Below the pieces are notes generated by a model. That model did no database searches. It saw only the letters and a program-made list of their open reading frames with translations, and was not told where the DNA came from. A DNA stretch of 64,000 bases from the human T2T-CHM13v2.0 reference genome, Homo sapiens, in NCBI RefSeq assembly GCF_009914755.1, contig NC_060936.1; one strand, written 5' to 3'. Made by a program: the position numbers and the translations under genes. Position 1 is the first letter of the stretch; each line of letters opens with the position of its first letter. Below, piece after piece: positions 1-13,900 of this stretch.

Positions 1-229
1 ACTTAAAAATCTTAAAGTCAGAGATGGGAATATAATCTCACACATTCCTGGTGCAAATGCAAAATGGTATAACCACTATGAAAAACAAAAATGTAAGATT
101 TACAGTAATTTTCTCTTTTCTAAGTAAATGAGGAAATTGCATATTTTTATTTAGTACTTTCCACATGGCAGCCATTGAAATAAGAGATTTACATGAAAGA
201 AGTCAATTATTATATCTCAGTTTCTTAAG

Positions 230-335
230 TATCATCATCATCAACTACTTAAAATGAGAAATAAAAAACTGAAGCTAAAATAACTTGTCTAAGCCCTCAC
301 AGCTAGTAAGTGGTTCATATATGATATGAATCTTC
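230..335 (-). mobile_element. MIR SINE fragment
   Basis: Degenerate MIR core: aaactgaagctaaaataacttgtctaagccctcacagctagtaagtgg. Confidence 0.65.
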
Positions 336-529
336 CTTTTTCTCTAAACTGTGGTGTAGTATAGGTTGCTATATTTAATCAAATTCTTGCCAGCTGCATA
401 GATTTTCAGTCTTCTAAGGATTCAAATGCAAAAAAGAAAAAAACTATACTGCAAATTGTACATAATTTATTCTTTCTCTAGAAACTTGTAATAATAGATT
501 TTTCCTAAATTATCCAATGCAAAATAGTA

Positions 530-795
530 GTTTCAGAGGCAGTCAATAAGTGGTGTATGAAAAATATGTACTGTGGTCAAATACATTTGGGAAAAGTTAA
601 GATAAAAAGCATAAAAGTTATTTCTTTATTGGAAAATGTTTAAAACTTTTATTTTGCCAAATAATATGTACATTTCTGAAACAATGTACAGTAGTAAACA
701 ATACCTATATGTATTTTAATACAGAAAACTTTTTTCGTATAATAATTTGCAGGACTAACTTAGAGTTAATTAGAATATCTTCAACAGTTTGCTCT
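530..795. mobile_element. MER103-like hAT-Charlie DNA transposon relic
   Basis: tgtggtcaaatacatttgggaaa...agttatttctttattgg resembles the recalled MER103C consensus; highly diverged. Confidence 0.45.
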
Positions 796-1229
796 AAATC
801 ATAATTATAATAATGATTAAAGTTGCACTATTAAGGCTTAGATTTTAAAAGGTTATTTAACAAAAACCAAAAATGTCTAGTTCCAAACATGGAGGGTAAT
901 GCTTAATGAGTATTTAACAAATAAGTAAAGCTGTCCATGAAGAAGAAATTCTTCAAAAAGTAAACAAACAAAAAACATTATTTAAGCATGATCCTTTGTT
1001 GTGAAGATTAGGCTATAATGGGATAATTTGCTATAGATAATTCTGAGGAAATATATTTTATTTTTTATTTTTGTTTACAATATGGAAAGCAAATATTACA
1101 AAAAATAAAGATGCCTTTAATCTGAGCATCATCTAACAAGATTTAAGATAAAGTATAAATCATAAAAAGAAATGTCTGTAATTCAACAAATATAAATATA
1201 TGTATTTTTTCTACCTTTATTATAATGGG

Positions 1230-1600
1230 CAATTTTCTACTTTTATAACATAGAACACAAAATTTGGATCAATATTTCAAAGGTTATTTCTTACTTGTTG
1301 TATATGTCCACTATGGGTTGGTGGGAAGACCCCATTTATAATGGTTTTTCAGTGACTCAGTATGACAAAGACTTCATTTCTACACAAATAACATTTCTAC
1401 AACAAGGAAAGAAAAGTTGGAATTTGACACCATCAATCAATTCCTTTAACTTTCGATTGACTTATGAGACTTAGTTTAATTTCATGGGCTAAAACAAATC
1501 TAGCATTCTTTTCTATCTTAAAGTGGTAGTAAATTCCAACCTAATAATTTGCCTGTAAGAAGAAGAATCACAGTATATGTGGATAGCCCTAATAATCATG
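1230..1600 (-). mobile_element. Old MaLR LTR (MLT1K/L-like)
   Basis: caaaggttatttcttacttg...gtccactatgggttgg... and ...catgggctaaaacaaatc... resemble reverse-strand old MLT1 LTRs. Confidence 0.5.
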
Positions 1601-2374
1601 ATCAATAGTTATTTGAAACTATTTTATAAAAGTTTTAATATGTCATTTCAATTTTAACTTTTTAAAGAATTTAATAATAAAGTGATACATAGATTTTTCA
1701 AAGGTTCCACTACAGATTGGTTTATAAGAAGATGAAAGAGAGATACAATATCTTGAATTTAGTAAGATTAGATTTTGAGTTCAGTGTGAAGGATATATTT
1801 GAGGAAATAGATATATAATGTTGAAAACTAATATTAAGTCACAGTGGAGTTATTTGGTTACTACTTTTAAATACTTATCTTACATGTATCTCTATTTTGC
1901 ATCCATAGCATGTCAAATGTAGTTCCACCCTATTTAGGGCAATAGGTAAAACTAATGAGAGTATGCAATGGTGGAATATCCTCAATCATGTTGGAGTGTA
2001 TTAGTATATAAGAAACAGAAAGCAATTCTTAGCCCATGCTGGAAGCCTTTATTTAAGGTGTGTAATCTCTTTGGCAAAGCATAACTGAAGTTAAAAATTT
2101 GTGTAAACAAGGCATTCAAGAAAATTACTTTTATTTAGCTTAGTCATTAAAGAATGAGTGTGTATGTAATACATGCAGAGAAATTTTAGAAGGTAAGAAA
2201 TGTCCTAACAGAATATAAACCCTTAGAGACCTTGCAATGTATTCTACACAGTGATGTAGCTGCAGCAACTATAAAAGTTCCTGTCCAGGTACTTTATAAA
2301 TGTATATAGGTTGCACTGATAAGTGAATGAAAAAAATAGACAAAATATTGAGGACAAAGTTAAGCAACGTTTAA

Positions 2375-2662
2375 TCTTTTTAAATTTTTATGGATGCATA
2401 ATTTTGCATACTTATGGAGTATGTGCAATATTTTGATATTATACAAGCATAGAATTTGTAATAATCAACTCAGGGTAATTGGATATCCATCACCTGAAGC
2501 AGTTATCATTTCTTTGTGTTAGGAACATTTTAATTCCACTCTTTTAGTTATTTTGAAATATACAGTAAGTTATTGTTAATGATACTTATCATATAGTGCT
2601 ACCAAACACTATATCTTATTCCATCTATCTAATTGTATTTTTGTACCCATTGATCATCCTTT
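2375..2662 (-). mobile_element. L1MA-type 3' end fragment
   Basis: cagggtaattggatatccatcacc...tttctttgtgttaggaacattt...ttttgaaatatacag...ttttgtacccattga, the reverse of an L1MA 3'UTR. Confidence 0.8.
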
Positions 2663-2934
2663 CTTAAAGCCTTTTTCAAGTGCACCAGGGAGGTTTCATT
2701 ATAGGTTAGAACTGTCTGTTTGCTGCAGTTGTTAAAAAATAAAAATATCAGCCACGGTTTGGATACTTGACATTTAGGTTTAGTAGTGTCTAATCAAAAA
2801 TTTTTGGAGAGTTACAATAAAACCCTGACAAAGGTTTAAAATTACTGTCTTTTTTGGTTTGGAGATAATATGAGAAAGACAACTGACACATGCTTGTGAT
2901 TCTTTATCTAGCCATTGCTTACTCACTACAGCTA

Positions 2935-4400
2935 TATTATTATAACGGTGGTAGGTAAATTATTTTAATTGTAGTAAAAAAGTTAAAGACAAAAGTATTA
3001 AAAATAATGATAACTGAAATATGTTTAAAGACACAATACGACTAGGTATAAATTATGACAACAATAATATAATGTTTATGAGGGTGTTAAAGTGTAGAGT
3101 TTTATAAGTGATAGTGATTGAATTTAAGTTGTTATCAGCTTAAAATATAATGTTATAACATATGTGATGTAGACCCCAAGGTCACCACACACATTAAAGA
3201 AAAAAATACATATACCTATAGAAGTTACAAAAAAGTCAAAGGAAGGAATCAAAGTTTATCACTGAAAACAAATCAACAAAACACACATGAAGACAGTGGA
3301 AAAGGAAGAAACAAAAGGACTGCAAGACTAACAAAACAAATCACAAAATGGCAGTAGGAAATCTTCCCTTACTAAGTTATTTTGAATGTAAATGAATTAA
3401 ACTCTAATCAAAACATACAGAGTGACCAAATGAATATTTAAAATAGACCTATCTAAATGCTGTCTACAAAAATCTCTCTTTAGACACATGCAGGCTGAAG
3501 GTAAGTGGATGAAAAAAAGATACTCCATGCAAATGGGAACAAAAAGAAAGCAGGGACAGCTATACTTATATCAGACAAAATAGACTTCTTTAAGTCAAAA
3601 ACAGAAGCAAAATACAAAAAAGGACAGTGTATAACGATAAAAGAGTTGCCAGGAAAATATAACAATTATAAATATATGTGCACCCACCATCATAGCACCT
3701 AAGTATGTTCAGCAAACATCAATAAACAGAGTCATGCAATAAGAGTGGAATAATTCAATACCGCACACTCAGGAATGGGTAGTAACCACACAAAAAATCA
3801 GTAGATGACTTGAACAACACTATCAACTAACTGGACCTAACAGATATATACTAAATATTCTACCTAAGAGCAGCAGAACACACATTCTTCACCAGTGCAC
3901 ATAGAATTTTTTTCATGACAAATTATGTTAGGTTAGAAAATAAGTCTTAATAATTCATTAAGACTGAAATTATACCAAGTCTTTTCTGATCACAATAGAA
4001 TTTTAGAAAGAAAACTGGAAATTCCCAAATAGGTAGTAATTGAACAACACACTGTAACAACCACTGGGTAAGAGAAAAAAGAAATTAGAAAAATGCTTCA
4101 AGAAAAACAAAAACACAACACAGTAAAACTAATGAGATGCACCAACTAAGTATTACAAGAAAGTTTATTGAGATAAATACCTGCATTAAAAAAAGGAAAT
4201 AGATCAACTAGATAATCAAATTGCACATTTCAAGGAACAAGAACAAAAAAGAACAAACAAAGCCCAAAGTTAGCATAAGGAAGAAAATAACAAAGATTCA
4301 AACAGAAATAAGTAAAATAGAAACGCAAAAGGTAGAAAAAAATTAATGAAATTGGGTCTTGGCTTTTTGAAAAAATAAAGGAAACTGGCACATACTTAGA
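2935..4400 (+). mobile_element. Old L1M fragment (inter-ORF region plus ORF2 endonuclease domain)
   Basis: ORF 3505-3702 translates KKILHANGNKKKAGTAILISDKIDF (L1 endonuclease). Many stops and frameshifts. Confidence 0.9.
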
Positions 4401-4438
4401 TTTAAAAAGATTTGCCAAATAATTTCCATGAATTTCAT

Positions 4439-4503
4439 GTAATTATCTGTTAATTTTTACAGAAAAATCTAAATTTACGGAAAAAAAATTAACAGATAAT
4501 TAC
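4439..4503. repeat. Perfect 20-bp inverted repeat with 25-bp spacer
   Basis: gtaattatctgttaattttt (4439-4458) is the exact reverse complement of aaaaattaacagataattac (4484-4503). Confidence 0.95.
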
Positions 4504-4599
4504 GTCTACAGGGCATAAACACAAATCAGAATTTCACCATCTCTAGGAACACATAAGAAAACGATGAGGATAGTTGTCACATTGTCTGGCAAAGCTCAG

Positions 4600-6720
4600 G
4601 GAAAGAGTAAAATACAATCATAAAACTATCAAAAAAAGATATCCAGGATAGAAAATGGGCAAAAAATAAAAAAGACAATTTTTAAAGAGAGTTAAAAGGG
4701 ATTAAGGAGAAAATGAGACATAAAAAAAGAGAAGCAAAAAATAGTCAAAAGAAACACAGAAAATAAAATACAGGTGAAAGAAAGAAAACATTTTATCCAT
4801 TTTTTAAAAAAGGCTAGTAAGTGATATGCAGAAAACAGTAGAAGTGAAACATAGATAAGGAGAGCTAACATTTGTATAAGTATATTCCCATGGAATAAAA
4901 CAGAAATAATAAAACAAAACTAATAGGTTTAAAAAGTTTATATAGTAATCCTCCCTTATGCAGGTTTTCAGTTGCAACCACGGTTTGAACATATTACATA
5001 GAAAGTTCCAGAAATAAACAAGGTGTAAGTTTTAAATTACCTACTGTTCTGAGTAGCATGATGAAATCTTCCACTGTCCTGCACCATCCTACCCAGAGCA
5101 TAAATCATCCCTTAGTTCAAGGTACCTATGCCTACCTGCCCATTAGTCCCTGAGTGGCTGTCTCAGATCATCTCAGTGGCAGTCAAATCTTATCAGATTG
5201 ACCCTGGCATATTACAGTGCATGTGTTCAAGTAAATCTCACTTGGTTTAAAAATAGTCCCAAAGCACAAGAGTAGCGATGCTGGTAATTTGGCTATGCCA
5301 AAAGGAAGCTGTAAAGTGATTTTTAAAGGGAAAATGTCAAAGTTATCTACTTTATAAGAAAAAAATAAATTGTATGTTTAGGTTGCTAAGATTTATGTTA
5401 AGAATGAATCTTCTATTTGGAGATGGTGAATAAGGAAAAAAATAAATTTGTACTAGTTTTCTTAAACTGCAAAAGTTATGGCTACAGTACATGATAGTTA
5501 AGATGGAAAAGGCATGTATATAGGGCTTAGTGCTATCTGCAGTTTAAGCATCTACTGGGGGTCTTGGAAAGTATTCCCTGCAGATGAGATGGAACTACTG
5601 TAATCCAAAAAAAGACTTGAATCTGCATCTTGAAAAGATGGTGTCATGTCCCAGAGGAAAAAAAATGGTCCCAGACTGTCAACACTGAAGGTATCTCAGT
5701 AAGTTTACTTGATATCAAACATGAATTCTTATTCAGAAAATGCTTTAGACAGCCAGGCCAAAAAAAAAAAAAAAAAAGAGAGAGAGAGAGAAGAAAAGAA
5801 AAAATACAAGTTTTTTATATTGAAATTAACAAGAGGGGAAAAAGCCAATCTTGGAATTCTTTTGTAGAGCCTTTACTGCTAGATTAAAATGGAAAAATAC
5901 CTTCAAAGTGCTCAAGGGAAGGAATTATGACCAAAAGAATTTATATTGAGTTAAATAATCTTTTAAGAATAAAAGCAATAAAAGGTTTTGAATACACAAG
6001 AAATATTTTCATGAACTGTTTCTGATCTAAGTAGAAAAGGTCAACACGAGTCAATCAAAAATGACTAGAAAAACCGCTAGAGTAGGAAGGAATTTATACA
6101 TTTATCTGTAGATGTAAGATTCAAACTAATGTGAGGTTTCGGGTGAAGAAATAGAAGGTATGTACTTAATGCCTAAATATAGAAATGATATAAACACCAA
6201 GGTTTGAGGAAAGAGGGTAAGAAATCAGGAAGTATGTGGAATACTGACTTTTCTAATAATTACCAATATCCAAAAAAGATGGAGTTCATGAACATTTCTC
6301 AAATCCATAAATGTGAGTAAGATAATTTTAAAAAAGAAAACTTTTCAGATATTACAAAACCATCCTAAATCTTTGCTATATACGAGATAAACCTGACGCA
6401 AAGTGATTCATATAATTTTTTAATGTGCAGAGATATAGACAATTTAAACATAAAGAAGCAGAGTTTACTGTATCAATAAGAAACAAGTATATATTTAGGC
6501 CAAAACTATTAACTGAGACAAATCAGAGATCTTTATAACATTAATGGGTACCAATAACATTGAAGACAAAATAGTAATGGCTATATATCACATAAGAGCT
6601 TCGATATACACAGATACATTTGTAGGAAATACAAGGAAAAATGGAAACACATTAATGAAGAATATTTAATTTTACTTATCTAGGTCATTGACAGAATATT
6701 TAAAGACATAAAATATATAG
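4600..6720 (+). mobile_element. Very old L1/HAL1-like ORF1 relic, interrupted by MER44
   Basis: tggaaaaataccttcaaagtgctcaagggaaggaattatgaccaaaagaatttatat resembles the L1 ORF1 C-terminus (W..FKVL....PRILY). Boundaries approximate. Confidence 0.55.
4943..5600 (+). mobile_element. MER44 (Tigger7-derived, TcMar-Tigger) DNA transposon
   Basis: Termini tagtaatcctcccttat...gagatggaactactg with TA on both sides; internal cccaaagcacaagagtagcgatgctgg matches MER44B/C/D. Confidence 0.9.
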
Positions 6721-8454
6721 TTCTAGTAAATGATGGAGCTAGATTTAAACTTATCATCACTGGCTCTAGAAACTAAGCTTTTTACCAGCATACAACAGTG
6801 TGATACTACAGTGCCCCTTGGCTGATGCAAGTGAACATAAATTTATATATTTGGAGGTGAAATAAAAAATATCTCCTCTGACTAAAACAAGAAACACATG
6901 AAAATAAGGGGTCTTGGAGATTTAAAAAGGAAAGAGAATAAAATAATTTTCTCCAAAAGAGACTGTAGTATAAGGACAGTTACTGTGATTGGCAATAGTG
7001 CTAAGAGCCTACTTCAGATCAATTGGGGTGACACCAGAGTACTAGATGTCTCCAGGAATCCAGCAGAAAGTGAGTGTATCCAGGACCCAACAAGCTCCTC
7101 ACATTATTACTGCATCTACCTTACAGCTCCATAATTATGGGATACCTCATCAACCTCCTTCTTGAGCTTCCCTCTACTCTATTGCTCTCTTTAAACTGTT
7201 TTGCCCTGCCTAATTTGCACATAAGCCATTCATCGCTATCGACTTCCTGTGTTATGTGACTCCCCAGTATAGGCATCCAAATAAAACTGATTAGAGTTTT
7301 CATGATGCTACTCCAGATTCCAGGGCTTAGTTTAGGTCATGAGGTCACATTTATTTCATGCTGATCTGGTAGGAGACAGGGCAGGATTAGGTTATAAAAA
7401 CTGGCTGCAATTGAGGACTCTCAAAAGTCTAGTGTAGGTGTTGACCCCATTTTACAAATATGGTAATTTAAATCATTATTAAAGTTAATTTAAAAATTAT
7501 ACCCAAAGTATTAATTGATATGTCCATGTTTCAATGATGCCATCACAATATTTTTGTTTAAATGCACCTTGCAAAACAAAAGCTGATAGCAAATGTCTTT
7601 TTACCCAAAACAGTTCATTGAATTTTTTATCCATAAGAATGTAACAGTTATAATTTTAAAAATCCAACAGAAATCATGGTTCGTTGGGGGTAGGCATGAC
7701 TGGGAATGAGAGAGTTCATGTACTTGAGTGCATATGATTCTCCTTAGGCCAATATGTTATAGCACTCTTCTACTCCTCCTAGGAATTAGCGATCTAGTTA
7801 AACTGAAACAAAAAAGAAATGGGGGGAGGTTCCACCAAATATTCTCAAGTATAATGTTATACTTGTGCTTTTATAATTTTAGTCTATGTATATTTGTCTA
7901 AAATACAAAGAAAAATAAAAATTTTTTTGTTCAAAAAGAATGATTGTAAAGCCAATTAAAGAAGCTTTCTAGACATCTCTGCTACTAATCCCTTATACTT
8001 CTAACATAACAGAAATAACATGGTACTTAATTTTCTTTAGAAAAATCAATTCATATATTAATAGACACACAGAAAAATTGAATGATATCACTTAGAGGAT
8101 CACAAGAAAAACATTTCAGACACAAGGTATTTATTTCTATTTATTGTAAAACTGCTTTAGTATGAGATCCCCCATCTAAAATCATTTTAATTGAACCAAG
8201 TAAAGGCTGGCCATATTAGCAGCAGGGAGAGACCATGTTGATTTTATGGCATCCATGAGAACAAAGATAGGAGATGGAGCATTTAATTAGAATGCAAAAT
8301 CCTTTTGCTCCTGGTGCAAAAATGTACATGGTCAAAAACCTTATAAAATGGAAAAATATTAGTATTCTCTCAACAAACAAAGTAGACACTATTTTTTCTT
8401 TACACTTTCCTGAATATTTCCTACTGAGTTTTTCTCAATAGTATTTTTCTGTAA

Positions 8455-8720
8455 ACAAAATATCTGTTGGATATTGAACAATAACTACCAGGTCAGAATC
8501 AAAAGGAAAAAGTCATGAGTATACTTGTAGATTTAGATGGAGTCGAAAATGTGACAATGAATGAAACTGTCCAGATAGAGCAAATATAGAAAAATAAAAG
8601 CAAACAATGACACTTAGAGAAATGTATACTTAAGAGTTCAACGAAAGAAAAATGCCTTGGAAAGACATGCATTTATCATACTTAAACAAATAGAAAGAAA
8701 GTGTTGTAGTAAATCATATG
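8455..8720 (-). mobile_element. L2 relic
   Basis: Purine-rich degenerate sequence resembling reverse-strand L2. Confidence 0.4.
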
Positions 8721-9619
8721 TTTGATTGTCTGATACAGACAAAAAATGTGGCAGAAAAAAAGCCATTTAAAAGCCAAATAAGTTTTGCTTTATACACAAC
8801 TTGACAATTTCAAAGTCAAATATGTATAAAGGCATCATACCATGTTAATTAATCATAAGTAAATAAATAAGTGGAAAAATTATCATGAAGCATAAACTTG
8901 AAAAAAGTTCGTATGCTTTCTGGGAAATCAGTAACTTAAAACATGATAGAAACCCTATCAATAAGTAGTCTAACTTATAATTAGCCTCAGATGTCTACAT
9001 GATTTGGAAATATATACCCATTTTTTTCATTAGATTAGGAATCTCTAAAGATAAAAACTTAGAAAACTAACTTGAGCTTTCACTTAGTAATTAATGGTAG
9101 TAGGAAAAATTAAATGTAGAAAATTTTTAGAAATAGAATCAAATGCATTTAAAATGTAAAATCTGTTATGAATAAAATATTATGGTAAAGCTAATTATTT
9201 GTAGATTTTTGTCTATAATAGTTTATTCAATCAGAAAACATCACATTTTTAAGAGAAAATAACTTTTTCATTTAAAACAGGAAACAAGGAAAATAATAAA
9301 TAATTTTAACTATATTATATATTTATCATTTATATTTTTACTCCGAGATATGTTAAACAAGTAAGGTAATTTATATCTAAAATAAGTAATCTAATCTTAT
9401 CAGGCTAGAGTATAACATTATGCATAACCTTAATATACTTTCATAACAAACTTTTAAAAATTTGTTTTGTGTGCTGTATTCTTAGCTTTTAAAAATGACT
9501 TTTATAAATACCGACAGAGTAAATTAATTTGAACATTAGTTGGTTTTGAAACACACATTCATAATGTGAATAGAGATTCTAGGAAAATGAGTACCATCTT
9601 CACTCTTTGAGAGTGCACA

Positions 9620-10045
9620 ATCACAAAAAGTAACCCCCAAAACAAACCATATGTACATGAACTAGTTAATGGATGAAGAAAATTTGGTATGTACAAAGAA
9701 TGGGATGCTATTGGGCAAAGAAATGATGCTACAGTATGATGATCCTAAAAACATTATGCTAAGCAAAAGAAGCAAGACACAGAAGACTACATATTGCATG
9801 ATTCTATTTATGTGAAACGTCCAAAAAAGCAAAGATAGAGAGAAAAAAAGGAGACTAGTGGTTGCCTTGGGTGACAAATGAGAGGACTATAAGTGGACAT
9901 GTGGATTCTTTCTGGGATGATGAAAATATTCTAAACCTGGATTGCGGTGATAGTTGTACACAATATAAATTTGCCAAAAGTTGTTGACTTATATGCTTAA
10001 AGAATTCTATGGTATATAAATTATACCTCAACACAGCTATTTAAA
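9620..10045 (+). mobile_element. L1MB7/8-type 3' end
   Basis: aaaacattatgctaagcaaaagaagcaagacacagaagactacatattgcatgattctattt...ggattgcggtgatagttgtaca...aaattatacctcaa. Confidence 0.85.
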
Positions 10046-11099
10046 GGAAGGTGCATTATATACACATTTATACTTTTCAGATATTAATAAAAAATGGAAA
10101 ACTTTGTTTGTTGCCTCACCGAAGAGTAATTTCATAGCAAAACACAAATCCCCATTCTTAGTTTGCCTTAATTTCAAGTATCATATATAATACACAATAG
10201 TAGATTTAAAATAATATGAGAAATTGTTTTATACTGGCTGATTATGTTCACATATCATTGAAAAGAAAGGATAGTTACAAATACCATGTAGTTACTACCT
10301 GCAACATATTTTCTAATAATATTATTTAACATATGCATTTAATTATATAGTCTATACATCCTTCCAAGCCTCTAAAAGTAGCTCCTAAACAACCATTAGG
10401 CTTTGTCATCCTATAAATATTCTTATAACTGTAAAACATTTGGAAGACTGAGTAACTATTTCAAGTAAATCTAAAGCTAAATATAATGCAATACTTAAAA
10501 CTTTCTACAAAATTTAAGGTCCAATATATATTCATTCAAGCTTTAAAATTTCATACAATCTTAGGAGTATTCTATATTTTTTGTTTTCCTCATCTTATTT
10601 CAAACAAAAAAAATCAAGTGTATTCATAACTTAGAAATGATTTCAGTGACCTATAGCAAAAAGACTAAGAACTGCAATAATGGTTTTGACATTAATAATG
10701 TTTTGGAGGCATAAGTGTTTTGTTCTTTTGTTTCTTTTATAATTGTTGTTACTTATACTGGAGAAAGAAAATTGATCATTTTCTTTTCTGACTTGTCTCT
10801 TACATTACAGAGCTTGAAAAGACCTTAAGGTAACATTTCAACAGCAACCTCACAATAACTTGACTATTTTATTTGTTTTTCTTACCCAAAGACAGCAGTA
10901 CTAGATAAAATGAAGGGAAATTACAAGGCATGTTTACATACATATCGATGTTTTTTTTACATTTATATAATAAAAAATGCATTGCTGGATATATTTTAGA
11001 AGTATCCTTAATAAACAAAAGAAAATGGTTTGTTACTGAATTTTACCTCATGAACATATAGGGTAAAATTCCTGTGTAAGAACAATGCAAGTATATACA

Positions 11100-11490
11100 C
11101 ATATGTCCATGTCTATATCTATGTTGGGTTGCCTATTAATGACTGGAACTGCCTGCCCATGTTTGAGCTTGAGCCTGAGTCTCACTGTCCCTCTTGTCAG
11201 TCCATCCATCTCTTTCTGCCCCTGTATGCCCGTTTGTGCTTTTCTACCTGTCTATCCATCCATCTCTCTCTGTGGTATGTTTCACACTGTCTTTCAGTTT
11301 GCCTGCCCCTGTCATGGGGTCTGACTATTCCTATCCCATTTTTAATTTCTATCTGTTATTCTGTCACCACATGTGTTTATCAGCCTGTCTCTGTTTCGGT
11401 ACCTGTAAGGCTGTATGTATTGGTCTCTAAGTATGTATTTATCTGTTTAAGTGTCTGTCTATCCATGACTCTATGTGTACATATGTGAAG
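11100..11490. repeat. Degenerate pyrimidine-rich (TCTG/TCTA/TCCA) low-complexity tract
   Basis: Recurrent tctgtc, tctatc and tccatc motifs; this explains the three overlapping Cys/Ser/Leu-rich ORFs. Confidence 0.7.
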
Positions 11491-11739
11491 ATTTTTCCTT
11501 TAATGTAGATTTAGTGAATACTATCTTTAAAAATCATTATTGTTTCTTAAGAGATGAGTGTGTATAGTATTGTTTGTGTGTGTATCTATCTCCCAAGCAA
11601 CTGCCAACTCTATAGGTCCAATCTACATAATGGTAGGACCTAGAGATTACTCATGTTTTTCGAAAGTCAGCTTCTCTTAGCCTATTTAAGACCATGCTCT
11701 ATTGCATTCTGCCTCTATATTACAAGATGGCTCCTAATG

Positions 11740-11771
11740 AAACAAACAAACAAACAAACAAACAAACAAAC
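11740..11771. repeat. (AAAC)n microsatellite
   Basis: About 8 perfect AAAC units. Confidence 0.95.
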
Positions 11772-12829
11772 TTGTCACAGGTAGACGTGGATATCTACAC
11801 CTCAGGCCTCTGCTTTCTAGTTACCCTCCTCCTAAAGAGGAGCTGTGAAGGTTTTATGTGCAATTGTAGCCCCACTCTACATTTCCAAAGAACCTCTACC
11901 TCATGGCCTATGTGGGCATTTACTAAAGGTTTAAAGATAACTAGAAGGAGTTTTAAAATAAAAACAAGACATGAAACAAATGCTAAATACAACTGATCTC
12001 AAGGTCAAAGGAGAACATATAATAACTCAAATGCTCAGAAAGTTATTTTATGGGCATTTCTCCTTTTCCAACTTGATTTTCAAGATCCAGCCCACCCCCT
12101 GCCGACCCCCATTGGAAACCCATGAAGAGTATACCTTTTTTCAATAATTTGCCATGTTAATCTTCATTTCTACATGTAAATTCTACCTATTCTCATAAAG
12201 ATATCCATTTTCCTTGAATATTCCCAACCTTGAACCCACAATGATAATCGAAAAGAAGAAAGAAAAATCCCTGGTAGATCATTTTCTAAAGCTCGAATCA
12301 TTCTGGGAGGAACAATACTATGTAGAGGGAGGGTGTCAGAGAGCTACGAGATGAACCACAGGGGTGTTTAATGTTACAAATCCTATACACTTCAGGGTCT
12401 ATTTGTGATGGGATAAGAAGATGCTTCTCAATATTCTTCCTGTAGACTAAAAATCTGCTTTTCAATCTCCTGCGAGTAAGGCTTGGAAAAAATACAAACA
12501 CACATGACACCAATGTGTATATAAACACTCTCACATATACACATTTACATCCCTACTCATATGAACATAAAATCTTTCTAGAGATAGTAAATCTAAAGAC
12601 ATATTAAATAAAAATAATTTCAATGCAATGTAATGTACGTAGTTATCCAGGTGTCCAAATAAAAATAGCTAAAGAAATTTTGCTTTGGTATTGTTCTCCT
12701 GTGTCCAGGAGTCTACTAAAGACTAAGATGATAGGGCCTAATAAAAGAATTTTCTAAATAATAACAATGTTGTATTAAGGTTCTACATAGGCACAAGCAT
12801 ATATTTTACTTGCATGATAGATATTATAA

Positions 12830-13000
12830 TTAAAACCTGGAATTATTAAGCCTGTTTATTTACATTGCTTGACTTGGGCAGGTGATTGACAACCTTTCTC
12901 TTTATGATGATTATATTTCTTGTATTGTATATGGGAATCTGACAATATCACAAAGATTCTGTTGTGAAAATGAGGTGATAGAAGAATAATTTATGAAGTA
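12830..13000 (+). mobile_element. MIR relic
   Basis: tgacttgggcaggtgattgacaacctttctc...ttgtgaaaatgagg. Confidence 0.5.
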
Positions 13001-13694
13001 GATCAACTGTACTTAACATTGCATGGGGGTGCTGGCCTACTTTTCAAGGATGTTCTAACAAATTCAAATTTGGCAATAAAATATAACTCAGTTCTACAAA
13101 AAATACTGTAGGCACATCAGATGCATCACTGAACTTAAAAAGGAAAACCCAGGAATTTACACAACATCATATACTTCTTCGAAACAAAGCAGAATTACCA
13201 CCTGGCAAAGATTTCCCTCAAGCATGTCCCGCCACAAAACCATTCAAGTCTACTCCCTGTGTATTAGAATATTTATAACTATTTGTCAGTTTGGCTTATT
13301 CATTATTTCTCTACATAATATGAATTATTAAACTAAGCATGGACTTATTTACTTGCAAAATTAAACACAAAATTTTTGTAACTTTCAAATTATACCATTT
13401 TGTTCTTTAGATTTTCTATAAGTCTGACGTATTTATCCATACTCATTCAGCAAAATATTTTGAAGAAAAAAAGTCCTAAAAAGATAAGTCACATACTCTA
13501 TGAGAAAAGACAAACAGAAATCACATAATTAACTAGAGTAGCATCATACCTGCGATTTACCTAAACCTGTAAATAAGATTAAAATAAGCACCATATTATC
13601 TCTCCTCTTTTTCACTTACAGTGCTATGTAATAGATATTTTTCTACATTTTTATAGCTTTTCTCATAGTAAATATAAAACCGTGCCATGGTTTG

Positions 13695-13900
13695 AGAGCC
13701 ATTATAGTATGGTGATTAAATGTGATATTGTGGGACAAAGATTCTGACCCAAACCTTAGCTAACCACGTAATCTACTTATGCTACGTAATCATGGACAGT
13801 TGCTTCATCTTTCTTGATTTCCACATTAGTAAAATGATCATAATAGCAAGTACTCTGGAAGGTTGCTAGTAGAATGGACATGAGAAAACACATGTTTAGT
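13695..13900 (+). mobile_element. MIR relic
   Basis: tatagtatggtgattaa...catggacagttgcttcatctttc...gtaaaatgatcataatag...aaggttgctagtagaat. Confidence 0.6.

Noticed and set aside
10811-10829. 19-nt microexon (ttacag|agcttgaaaagaccttaag|gtaaca)
   Set aside because: The sequence resembles the common MIR-family word agagctggaagggacctta, and there is no other support.
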